Below, one piece after another: positions 7,162-15,177 of a stretch of DNA of 26,497 nucleotides (position 1 is the stretch's first letter; every line of letters begins with the position of its first letter). The notes under the pieces are model-generated. The model was not told the DNA's origin. It was given only the letters and a program-made list of their open reading frames with translations, and ran no database searches. The DNA is from a virus (Duplodnaviria; Caudoviricetes): IMG/VR virus record IMGVR_UViG_3300030372_000881, positions 1 through 26,497 of that record. One strand, 5' to 3'. The position numbers and the translations under genes are program-made.

Positions 7162-7748
7162 TCGCCATCGTGTGTGCCTTGTCGATCAAAGAAGAAATGA
7201 ACACGACCTTCTGTATCAATAAACTGTGTCATATATACCAAAGCATTTTCAGGAACGCTTTGTGGCGTGAAGCCTTCAGGATATCCGCTTGCTGACATAT
7301 TGATTCCAAAGACAATTGGTTGAGTGTTTATATTTGTAAGTTCAGCCAAGTTGTATGCATACGCTTGGTCAACTGACGATTCATCTTCTGTTTGAAGCGA
7401 TTCATTGATTTTTTGTGATGTTTCATCTTCCAGCGATCCATTGTCATATGTTTCAGATGTATAGAATCCATCATCAACACCACCATCAATTTTGTTTGGC
7501 AAATCTATAAATTCAACCCTTCGCCAATTGTATTTCCAAGCAATAGGTATTTCATTGTAGTTTGCAATGACTGTGCTTTCACCAATCAACGCAAAGAATG
7601 ATTGTGTGATTCCCTTTGTTTTGCCGACCATTGCTGACAGTGCATCTTGCATTTGCGAAAATGAATCAGATCGACTGGCAATTGTATTCATGTAAGTTTG
7701 GTCGATAATGCCAAACTGCATTTTGTTTATGTGTGGAAGTTTTGCCAT
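7152..7748 (-). CDS. Putative tail-tip protein
   Basis: 198-aa ORF tightly coupled within the tail module; function inferred from position only. Confidence 0.55.
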   Translation of the reverse strand: MAKLPHINKMQFGIIDQTYMNTIASRSDSFSQMQDALSAMVGKTKGITQSFFALIGESTVIANYNEIPIAWKYNWRRVEFIDLPNKIDGGVDDGFYTSETYDNGSLEDETSQKINESLQTEDESSVDQAYAYNLAELTNINTQPIVFGINMSASGYPEGFTPQSVPENALVYMTQFIDTEGRVHFFFDRQGTHDGDCE

Positions 7749-7749
7749 A

Positions 7750-8649
7750 TTAGAAATCTGGAAGGTATGCCCAACCCTCCCCGCCTTTTACAAATGGCTG
7801 AACCCAATAGACATGGGAAGCCGCATAATATTGAACATCGCCTTCAGTAAATTTTTTAGTGATAACATCGCCTGAAGGATTACACTTTGGAACTTGTTCG
7901 CAGTGATGCGTTTGTTTATCAACTGCAAACTGATGAGTGACAACCCAAACTGAATTTCCGAAATCATAGTTCCAAGAGAATCCAAGATATAAAACAGTGC
8001 CTGCTTCTGCACCTTCGTATTCAATAGGATTTCTAGTGCCAACAATCCTTGAAAGTTCATCAAGTTTTGGTGCAACGGTTCTTCTTTCTGTTGTGTTGAA
8101 ACGTCTGTCTATTGTTGTGATCGTTGTTGGCGTTCCTGCTGAATCAACTTTCTTTCCACCTATGTTCCCTTTGGTTGGTTCATCCCAACCGCCAGCAGGT
8201 TCAGACCATTGACCATATGCACCACCTCCACAATTGTCTTGTCCAGCACTTGTGCAAGCAGAACGCCAAACGTTTTTGGTCACTGCTTTTGTATCGCCTT
8301 GAGTTTCAACTGAAATCAACAAACTTTCAGTGGTTGAAAATTCAAGTTGAAATATCCAAGTGAATTTATCGCCAGTGGCTTTTTGCCAAGTGCGTTGTCC
8401 ATAATAATATGCACGCACCTGATTTCCATCTTCGTCTTGCCCGATCTCGATGAATGGAATGTTGCCAGTGCATTTGTCACCATTTGGACAAACTACTGCA
8501 TCAAGTGCATCAATAGCCGCATCCAAAGTATAGACAACCGTATCACTGCTGAAAATAACATGATATGTTCTTGTGACTGTTCGATTGCCAACTGAATCAA
8601 TTGATCCTGTGGATTGTGATGTAAATGCTTCCTGTACTGTTACTGCCAT
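7750..8649 (-). CDS. Putative distal tail or hub protein
   Basis: Directly downstream of the tape measure gene; beta-rich; AGAGG RBS. Confidence 0.6.
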   Translation of the reverse strand: MAVTVQEAFTSQSTGSIDSVGNRTVTRTYHVIFSSDTVVYTLDAAIDALDAVVCPNGDKCTGNIPFIEIGQDEDGNQVRAYYYGQRTWQKATGDKFTWIFQLEFSTTESLLISVETQGDTKAVTKNVWRSACTSAGQDNCGGGAYGQWSEPAGGWDEPTKGNIGGKKVDSAGTPTTITTIDRRFNTTERRTVAPKLDELSRIVGTRNPIEYEGAEAGTVLYLGFSWNYDFGNSVWVVTHQFAVDKQTHHCEQVPKCNPSGDVITKKFTEGDVQYYAASHVYWVQPFVKGGEGWAYLPDF

Positions 8650-8658
8650 TTGATACCT

Positions 8659-9711
8659 CTATTGTGCGGGAACGATTGCACCACTTGCCCCATTTTTTGT
8701 GACGGCTCTTGCAACTTGTTCATTTGATTCAGCAATCTTTTGCAACAATGAAGTTTGCTTTTTGTTTTCAGATCGACCAGTTGCAATTGTGAACCCGCCA
8801 ATTGCTGTTGATGCACCGACTGTTCCACCACTCGCTTGTTCGACAATACCCACTTCAACTTCTTGTGTTTTGTTTGTCAAATCTTCAAGCACTTTTTCAT
8901 TGTTTTCAATTCTTTTCTTGCCGAGTTGTTTTTCTCTTTCTTCTTTCTCTTGTTGTTGCTTCAGGAACTTTTCATGCGCTCTTTTTTCTTTGACATCAAG
9001 TTCATCAAGAATTTGAAGTTGTAGTTTTCGCAACGTTTCAATTCTTGTTTTTTGCTCTTTGCCAGAAAGTTTTTCAACAGACATTCTTTCTTGCAAGTCT
9101 ACCATCTGTTGTCTGAACCCTGCCTCCATTTGTTTTCTTTGGATCATAAATTGTTCAGTCACATCAGACACGCCCATTTCACGCTTTTCTTCTGCTTCAT
9201 TTGCAAGCCTCATCAATTCAACTTGCAATGCCAAAGCACGATTTGTTTTTGATACTTCTGTTAAAAATGCAACTCTCTGTTCCATTTCCACAACACGTTC
9301 CATTTCTTGTGCAACCTTGGCAAGTTCTGCGGCTGTGCCATCAAACACATCACGAAGATTCTGACCAATTGAAACTGCTTCTGACAAAACTGGAATGCCA
9401 GAGTTTTCGATCACACCAAGAACGCCTTGAAACTTTTCAGCACTTGTTGTTGATTCATCGCCAAGAACAGCCGCACTGTCTGCAAGTCCTTGCATAGCAT
9501 TTTTGGCAATGCCAGCAACTTGTTGAATGACACCTAACTTGCTTGCAAATTCTGTCCAAGATTTTTCAGCACGTTCAGAAAAGTTTTCAACCGACTTTTC
9601 CATTTCCTTTGACGATTCTTTGACGGCACGTTCTGCACTTTCCAAACCCGATTTCAGTTCATCGGTTTGTGCTTCGATTGCAACTGTTATTGTGCCGATA
9701 TTATCTGCCAT
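8659..9711 (-). CDS. Tape measure protein (short, 350 aa)
   Basis: N-terminal IGTITVAIEAQTDELKSGL motif; helical and coiled-coil composition; follows the chaperone pair. Confidence 0.8.
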   Translation of the reverse strand: MADNIGTITVAIEAQTDELKSGLESAERAVKESSKEMEKSVENFSERAEKSWTEFASKLGVIQQVAGIAKNAMQGLADSAAVLGDESTTSAEKFQGVLGVIENSGIPVLSEAVSIGQNLRDVFDGTAAELAKVAQEMERVVEMEQRVAFLTEVSKTNRALALQVELMRLANEAEEKREMGVSDVTEQFMIQRKQMEAGFRQQMVDLQERMSVEKLSGKEQKTRIETLRKLQLQILDELDVKEKRAHEKFLKQQQEKEEREKQLGKKRIENNEKVLEDLTNKTQEVEVGIVEQASGGTVGASTAIGGFTIATGRSENKKQTSLLQKIAESNEQVARAVTKNGASGAIVPAQ

Positions 9712-9713
9712 TG

Positions 9714-9929
9714 CTAATCCTCTAATCCTTGGAAGTCTGCCATGAACTCGACAAATTCACGATCTGAAGAAATACCATTTTCTAGTTGTCGAACATAAGT
9801 AATTCTATCAGACAGAAGCAAGAACAAATCAATCGGCAAATCAAGAGGATTTCCAAACGATGAAAAATAGCGACTAATCATCGCACCATTTGTCATCCAG
9901 TTTGGCTTTTTCTCTTCACTTTTTTTTTG
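9714..9929 (-). CDS. Tail assembly chaperone, T-like segment (probably expressed as a recoded G-T fusion)
   Basis: Open frame overlapping the end of the upstream chaperone across an A9 run; no strong SD of its own. Confidence 0.6.
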   Translation of the reverse strand, partial: QKKSEEKKPNWMTNGAMISRYFSSFGNPLDLPIDLFLLLSDRITYVRQLENGISSDREFVEFMADFQGLED

Positions 9930-10317
9930 ATGGTTTTTCATCCTCATTAACAGAAGCACCAATCAAATCAATTGCAATTCGCATTGCTTCTTCACTTGTT
10001 CCTTTGAAATTGTCTGGCAATCCAGAAGCGTTTTCAGCGTTTGGCGATTCAGATGCGACTTCAATGATTTTCATTGCACCATCGGATTTGATAGCGTAGT
10101 TGATTAGTTCAGAAATTAAACCTCGCCGATCCTCTAAATCTTGAAGCATTTTCATTCGCTCTTCAGATTCAATTTCCGCTTCTTTCATCGAAGCGATCAA
10201 GCGTGATTTTTTTTCCGAGTACAACCTATCACCGATAGAAATCATTTGGCGTGGTGATAATCTCTCCAGCCAAGCAACGCCATCGGTGATAGGTACTTCA
10301 ATTCTTTCACATTTCAT
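9916..10317 (-). CDS. Tail assembly chaperone, G-like
   Basis: Lies between the tail tube and tape measure genes; ends TCA AAA AAA AAG TGA. Confidence 0.75.
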   Translation of the reverse strand: MKCERIEVPITDGVAWLERLSPRQMISIGDRLYSEKKSRLIASMKEAEIESEERMKMLQDLEDRRGLISELINYAIKSDGAMKIIEVASESPNAENASGLPDNFKGTSEEAMRIAIDLIGASVNEDEKPSKKK

Positions 10318-10332
10318 AATTGAATCATATCA
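10318..10332 (-). promoter_or_regulatory. Putative extended -10 promoter giving a leaderless mRNA
   Basis: TGA-TATGAT-TCAATT-ATG with no SD. Confidence 0.5.
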
Positions 10333-10354
10333 CTAAAAACAAATATGACTACTA

Positions 10355-10750
10355 TCAGGATTGATCCCATGCTTCTGAAACATCGCCAGTGAATGAGAAA
10401 TCAAAAGAGATTGTTGCATCACCAGTTTTTGTTGTGCTTATTGATACGCCACTGATCACGCCAGTTCCTGTATATGTGCAACCTGATGCGGCTGTCAAAA
10501 CAATTGCACAAGTATCATCTGAATTGAACGAAGTGTGTTCAAGTGCAGGTGCTGTTGCGGCTGCATCTTTTGACATATAACCAGAAATACTTCCAGTGTA
10601 GGTTGGAATGCCTCCAACAAAACTTGAACTGTTGTCACCAAATGCAGTGACATCGCTGACCACTCGACTGACTGACATAGACCACGCATTTGCTGTGATG
10701 CCATGCGAACCAAGTGAAACATTTCCTTCATTTCCAACTATTCTTGCCAT
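10355..10750 (-). CDS. Major tail tube protein
   Basis: WSMSVSR..DVTAFGD...GIPTYTGSISG and TYTGTGVISGVSIS...FDFSFTG, typical of the siphovirus tube fold; strong RBS. Confidence 0.85.
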   Translation of the reverse strand: MARIVGNEGNVSLGSHGITANAWSMSVSRVVSDVTAFGDNSSSFVGGIPTYTGSISGYMSKDAAATAPALEHTSFNSDDTCAIVLTAASGCTYTGTGVISGVSISTTKTGDATISFDFSFTGDVSEAWDQS

Positions 10751-10762
10751 TGTTTTATTTCC

Positions 10763-11182
10763 TTAACTGACTGATGATGTTGCTTCTAGTGAATATACGC
10801 TTTCAATTGCAATGATTTCATCAAACACCGTTCGTCTGTCACGATCCACGCAAATCATCACTGCATTTGTATCATAACCAGTTGGTGCAAGTGAACCGCC
10901 ATTCAATAATGTGAACAATTTATCTTCGACAGAACCGAGCGAAGCCGCACCGAGTCGCCTGTGTCCATACAGTGTCAAAATCACCTGTGCTTTTATCATG
11001 ACAGTTCCGTTGTACAAACCTTGAACTGGCGTGCTTGCAACTTCATATGTCAAGATTGGAAGTGGAACATCATCCTGACCTTCCAGTTCATAGATTCGTC
11101 CGCCAACCGCTTCATATAAAGAACCTGCTGATTGATCGGCTGTGAGTTTAGTATATAACGCTGACTTAATTGCTTGGCTCAT
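10763..11182 (-). CDS. Tail terminator/completion protein (SPP1 gp17/DUF3168-like)
   Basis: AIKSALYTKL...VGGRIY...PILTY motif; position in the connector module. Confidence 0.8.
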   Translation of the reverse strand: MSQAIKSALYTKLTADQSAGSLYEAVGGRIYELEGQDDVPLPILTYEVASTPVQGLYNGTVMIKAQVILTLYGHRRLGAASLGSVEDKLFTLLNGGSLAPTGYDTNAVMICVDRDRRTVFDEIIAIESVYSLEATSSVS

Positions 11183-11643
11183 TTTAACGCCTTCACTGCT
11201 ACTGAAACAAGTCGCTTTGCTTCAAGTCTTGCAAGTATCATTTGTCTTGTTTTTTTCATCCATTCTAAATCTTTTTTAAGATAATTTCTACCACTCTTAT
11301 CACCTTGCTTTGCTTTTGTAATTAAGAACTTTGCATATTTAACATTTGTTCCAACCTTTGCACTCACTCCATTTTTTGTAAAGTTTGCTTTTGAACTTGA
11401 CATCCAACTTCGTGCAAGCGTTCCTGTAAAGTTGTAAGGTATATCTGTTCCTTCAGGTGATCCAAAATAACCTGAGTTCCAAGGTGCTGTTTTATCTCTA
11501 ACCCTGCGGGCTTTGCCAGTTGTTCTTAGTACAGTTGATAAGTTACGTCTAAAAATAGCCGCAGATTTCACGACTTCTTTTCCGACAGCATTAAGAAATG
11601 CTTGTTCAAACTTGTCACCATGAAATTCAACTTGTACGCTCAT
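11179..11643 (-). CDS. Neck protein (HK97 gp10-like)
   Basis: P..FTGTLARS...VGTNVKYAKFL motif. Confidence 0.75.
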   Translation of the reverse strand: MSVQVEFHGDKFEQAFLNAVGKEVVKSAAIFRRNLSTVLRTTGKARRVRDKTAPWNSGYFGSPEGTDIPYNFTGTLARSWMSSSKANFTKNGVSAKVGTNVKYAKFLITKAKQGDKSGRNYLKKDLEWMKKTRQMILARLEAKRLVSVAVKALK

Positions 11644-12009
11644 TTATTCAATCTCGATTAAATCAACAATCCTCTTGTTCATATGATTGTCTTGATGCAA
11701 CATTAAAGACCGTCTTGATCCTGTAACTTCAAATGTTCTTGTTGTTCCTGTATCTGAATCATCAAATACTATTCTGTCAGTGTGCGAAATAGAAACGGTT
11801 GGCATCAAATATCCTCTTGCCATTATCTTGCCTCTTGGTCTACCACCTTCAACCACGCTGTCTGCGGATGATGGAAAGATTGCACAATCCACATTGCTTT
11901 GTGAAAGCGCGTATGTGCGAATCGGGAAGCCACCTGCATCAACTGTTTCAGTGACTGTATGAATATCGACCTTCACACCATTAGATTGAATCATGCCTCT
12001 TAAACTCAT
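11644..12009 (-). CDS. Head closure protein
   Basis: TVDAGG...ISHTDRIV...FEV pattern; follows the adaptor with an ATGA overlap. Confidence 0.7.
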   Translation of the reverse strand: MSLRGMIQSNGVKVDIHTVTETVDAGGFPIRTYALSQSNVDCAIFPSSADSVVEGGRPRGKIMARGYLMPTVSISHTDRIVFDDSDTGTTRTFEVTGSRRSLMLHQDNHMNKRIVDLIEIE

Positions 12010-12881
12010 TCAGCATTCCTTCGATAAATGTACATTCTTCGCATCTGGTCATCTCTTAATTCAATTGCATTTCTTGTTGAATATGAATAACCATCAAGTG
12101 ATTCGCTTGCAACTGTTGGATCGTGCTTGCCACCATGATATGCAGATGCTACCAGTTCCCATGCAATTTCTTGCAACGCTTCTGGAACTGTTGCTTGTGT
12201 AAATCCTGCATCATAATCCACAAAGATATTGTGTGAGCCTCTTGGAAATGATAGTGCGTTAGGATCGAACGGATACCACTTCGCTTCAAACTGTGCAGTG
12301 AGCAAGTCAATTCGTCCAGTTTCTTCATCAACCCGATATTCTGCATCAGTTGCTTCAACAAAATAAAGTTGTGCTGAATTTGTCAAAGCATCTTGACCAC
12401 CTTGTCTGACCAATTCATCACAAAGAACATTTGTATCTGCTGTTGCTGACCAACCTGAAACGGCTGTGATCGCTGTTGCCATTGCTGATGTTGTTACATT
12501 TGAAGCAAATGTCAAAGATGTTGCTGTTTCACTACCACTTGAATCATATCTGTTCAATACAATCTGATCATTTTGCACTTCAACGGTTGCACGCAAGTCG
12601 CTTGATGTTGTCGCTGAAACTGACAGTGCGTTATTCCTATCCCAACCAATTCTTCGTATTGCTGTGACTGGATAGTTGGGAAGCAGAAGCGTTCCTGTTC
12701 CTGATCCTGAAATAAATTCTTTATATGAAGCAGTAACAAAAGTACGCTGACAAAAATGTTCAATTCTGTCAGTAGCCGCATTCAGAAGTTCAGTCAAAAG
12801 TCTGTCATCATCTGACGTTGTTAAACGCAGATATCTTTTGACGGCTTGCAAACTTGTGATTGAAGTGCTGGATGTTGCCAT
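12006..12881 (-). CDS. Head-tail adaptor (HK97 gp6/SPP1 gp15-like) with an inserted domain
   Basis: SLQAVKRYLRL...LLNAATDRIEHFCQRTF, LPNYPV, YDAGF..VPEALQ and SESLDGYSYS motifs. Confidence 0.85.
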   Translation of the reverse strand: MATSSTSITSLQAVKRYLRLTTSDDDRLLTELLNAATDRIEHFCQRTFVTASYKEFISGSGTGTLLLPNYPVTAIRRIGWDRNNALSVSATTSSDLRATVEVQNDQIVLNRYDSSGSETATSLTFASNVTTSAMATAITAVSGWSATADTNVLCDELVRQGGQDALTNSAQLYFVEATDAEYRVDEETGRIDLLTAQFEAKWYPFDPNALSFPRGSHNIFVDYDAGFTQATVPEALQEIAWELVASAYHGGKHDPTVASESLDGYSYSTRNAIELRDDQMRRMYIYRRNAE

Positions 12882-12900
12882 TGACTTTCCTTTTGTTGTC

Positions 12901-12948
12901 TTGACTTTTAGGGTAGGCGAGTTTAAACCCGCCTACCCCATTAGTCAA
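12901..12948 (-). other. Strong hairpin after the capsid gene (mRNA stabiliser, processing site or atypical terminator)
   Basis: UUGACU..GGGGUAGGCGGGU-UUAA-ACUCGCCUACCCU..AGUCAA. The G-U pairs favour the minus strand; no U-tract follows. Confidence 0.7.
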
Positions 12949-12962
12949 ACTACCTCTCTAAA

Positions 12963-14348
12963 TTAAGAAGCGGCTGTTGCTAGTGCAACGAATGATGAAC
13001 CATCGTGGACTTGAATGTCATACCGTGATATGGCACGAATGTTGATTTGGTCAGATGCGAAATCTACATGATCGCTGGTTGCGATTTCAATTCCTTGTCT
13101 GTCCGCATACACAACACCATCTAGCCAGTTGCCAAAGTATGCAGTGTCAATGTCAACTGCTGTGGCAATTGGGCATTGATCGCTGAAGTGAACTGGATAT
13201 CCAAGAAGTTGTGTACCAGTTGTGCCAACTCCAAGTGAATCAATTGTGTTTCCACCTGCGGCTGCGATTACTCGCAATACTACTTGACCATAGAATTGTC
13301 TAGACATGATCCATGAAGCACCTGCATGATATTTGTCGTCAAGCAGACCTGCTGTTGAAACTAAATCTGCAAGAGTTAGTTCAGCCCATGTATCGCCAGA
13401 ACCTGTGACGAATGAGTGTGCTTTGTTTTTGAGTCCAGTGACACCACCAAAACTTGCACCGCCATCACCTTGGATGAACTCATTGTCGGCTTTTTCAGCC
13501 ATGCTTCTTCCCATATAATCTGAAAGAGTTTCAGACATTGACCACAAAGCATCAGCGCCGAGTTCCGCTGACCATTTCATCAGCGAAGCGCGCTTTTTTG
13601 CAACGCAGTTTATGCTTGTCCAATTTGCTGTAGATTCTGAGATGCTTGACGCCTCGTCAACTACATAAGTTGTTGCACCACTACTGAGTGAAGGAATTGC
13701 AAGCGTGTCGCTTGTCATCGGGAAAGTTCTTGCAACTTTTTGCACCAATCCATGAGTACCAAAGACAGCAAGGATTGCATCGCTTAGTGGGTCTGGAACT
13801 AGATTTCCGCCAGCGGCTGCAACGCCTTCGGTTTGTCCTTTTAAACCTGACGGAGCATTGTTGTTCCACCATTTGATTGAACTTGGTTGCTTTAAAAGTT
13901 TTGCACCAATCCATTGTGCGGATAGATATTGATCTTCTGCACTTGCGAATTGTTTTGCGTGTTTTCTATTGCTAGTCATTTTGATTCCTGTTGTTCTAGG
14001 AAGTGCAAGCGATTTTCGTTTAGATAGTTCTTCACGAACAGATCGTGCAACTAGTTGTTGAACTGCTTCTTCGTCAGCCATGATTTCTGCGGCTTCTTCA
14101 GTTGCTTCTTCCACTTCGTCCATCATAGGCATTCCAGCGTGAAGCATAACTTCAGCAGGATCGCCTTCTTCAAATATCGCTTCGAGTGCTAACGCTTCGC
14201 CATCGGCACTGAGCAACGTAGCATCGCCAAGCCATGCTTCGACTGCTTTCAAGTTGTTCTTGCCTTTGAACGGAGCATCAACGCCCAATTGTTCGCATTG
14301 TTCTGCACTCAAATTGCGAATCTGGTTGAGTAGTTGTTTTTTGTTCAT
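12963..14348 (-). CDS. Major capsid protein, HK97 fold, with N-terminal scaffold (delta) domain
   Basis: GQTEGVAAAGGNLVP, VVDEASSI, FIQGDG, LLGYPV, YFGNW and INIRAISRYD motifs. Start moved to ATG 14348, which has RBS GGAAATAAAACA. Confidence 0.95.
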   Translation of the reverse strand: MNKKQLLNQIRNLSAEQCEQLGVDAPFKGKNNLKAVEAWLGDATLLSADGEALALEAIFEEGDPAEVMLHAGMPMMDEVEEATEEAAEIMADEEAVQQLVARSVREELSKRKSLALPRTTGIKMTSNRKHAKQFASAEDQYLSAQWIGAKLLKQPSSIKWWNNNAPSGLKGQTEGVAAAGGNLVPDPLSDAILAVFGTHGLVQKVARTFPMTSDTLAIPSLSSGATTYVVDEASSISESTANWTSINCVAKKRASLMKWSAELGADALWSMSETLSDYMGRSMAEKADNEFIQGDGGASFGGVTGLKNKAHSFVTGSGDTWAELTLADLVSTAGLLDDKYHAGASWIMSRQFYGQVVLRVIAAAGGNTIDSLGVGTTGTQLLGYPVHFSDQCPIATAVDIDTAYFGNWLDGVVYADRQGIEIATSDHVDFASDQINIRAISRYDIQVHDGSSFVALATAAS

Positions 14349-14477
14349 TGTTTTATTTCCAAAAAAAGTTTCATTAACATTAAAAATTGCCTTGCTTTTG
14401 TTTTTGCATCCAACCCGCATTCGCTTTGGCTCGCTTCAAACTTGGCGACAAACTTACATAAATTATATTAAAGCGAG

Positions 14478-15176
14478 TCAATAGACACGCCCCTGCATTT
14501 TCTGAATTTCTATTCTGGTCATTTTTGCTGTATCGATCGGCTTCAATTTCAATTTGTTTTCAGGAAGCAATTTGATACTTCGCTTCTTGATCGAACCGCC
14601 ATCTAGTTCAAGTCTGCATGCTTTAACTGCACGATAATCAATTGAGCCGTCTTTCTTCAAGAATCCTCGTCTTGCGGCTACCACCAAAGCATCTTCATTC
14701 ATCGGCAATGGTGCAAGACTGTATTCAAGCAATCGTGATTTGCTGACAACTCGCTTCAATTCATTTCCAGTTGTCTTGAATTGCTTATAATCTTTTTGAG
14801 TTGGTTGGCGAGTTTCAAGATATGAAAATCCAATTGAAACGCCACGACATAAACCAGCCGCAACCAAAGACAACACTGCATCTGGTCGCCATTCACCTTG
14901 ATGTCCTTCTGGTCTTTTGGGGAAATATGTTGATGCAACAACTCCACGATCTGTCATTTCTAACCATTCGCAAGTTGCAACTGGGTCAGCATAGTCGTGA
15001 TTCCAAAAGACAGTTCCAGTTGATTTGAATCGGTTGGTTTGAATGCCACTTGGAAGAACGACTTCACCTTCCTCGTCAACTGTGTCAGTGCTTATGTAAG
15101 CAACGCAAGTTCTTGCAGGAATGTCAGCATTCAAATTTGCTGTGTAGTCTTTTAAATCAATTCTGTCTTTGTCCAT
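14478..15176 (-). CDS. HK97-family prohead maturation protease
   Basis: VFWNHD (His), GVSIGF (Ser) and LLEYSLAPLPMNEDA motifs. Confidence 0.92.
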   Translation of the reverse strand: MDKDRIDLKDYTANLNADIPARTCVAYISTDTVDEEGEVVLPSGIQTNRFKSTGTVFWNHDYADPVATCEWLEMTDRGVVASTYFPKRPEGHQGEWRPDAVLSLVAAGLCRGVSIGFSYLETRQPTQKDYKQFKTTGNELKRVVSKSRLLEYSLAPLPMNEDALVVAARRGFLKKDGSIDYRAVKACRLELDGGSIKKRSIKLLPENKLKLKPIDTAKMTRIEIQKMQGRVY

Positions 15177-15177
15177 T

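Noticed and set aside
14349-14477. N-terminal extension of the capsid ORF, or a promoter and structured leader
   Set aside because: The best RBS is at ATG 14348. TTGACT and TATAAT are present but only 8 nt apart, and I could not establish a convincing fold by eye.
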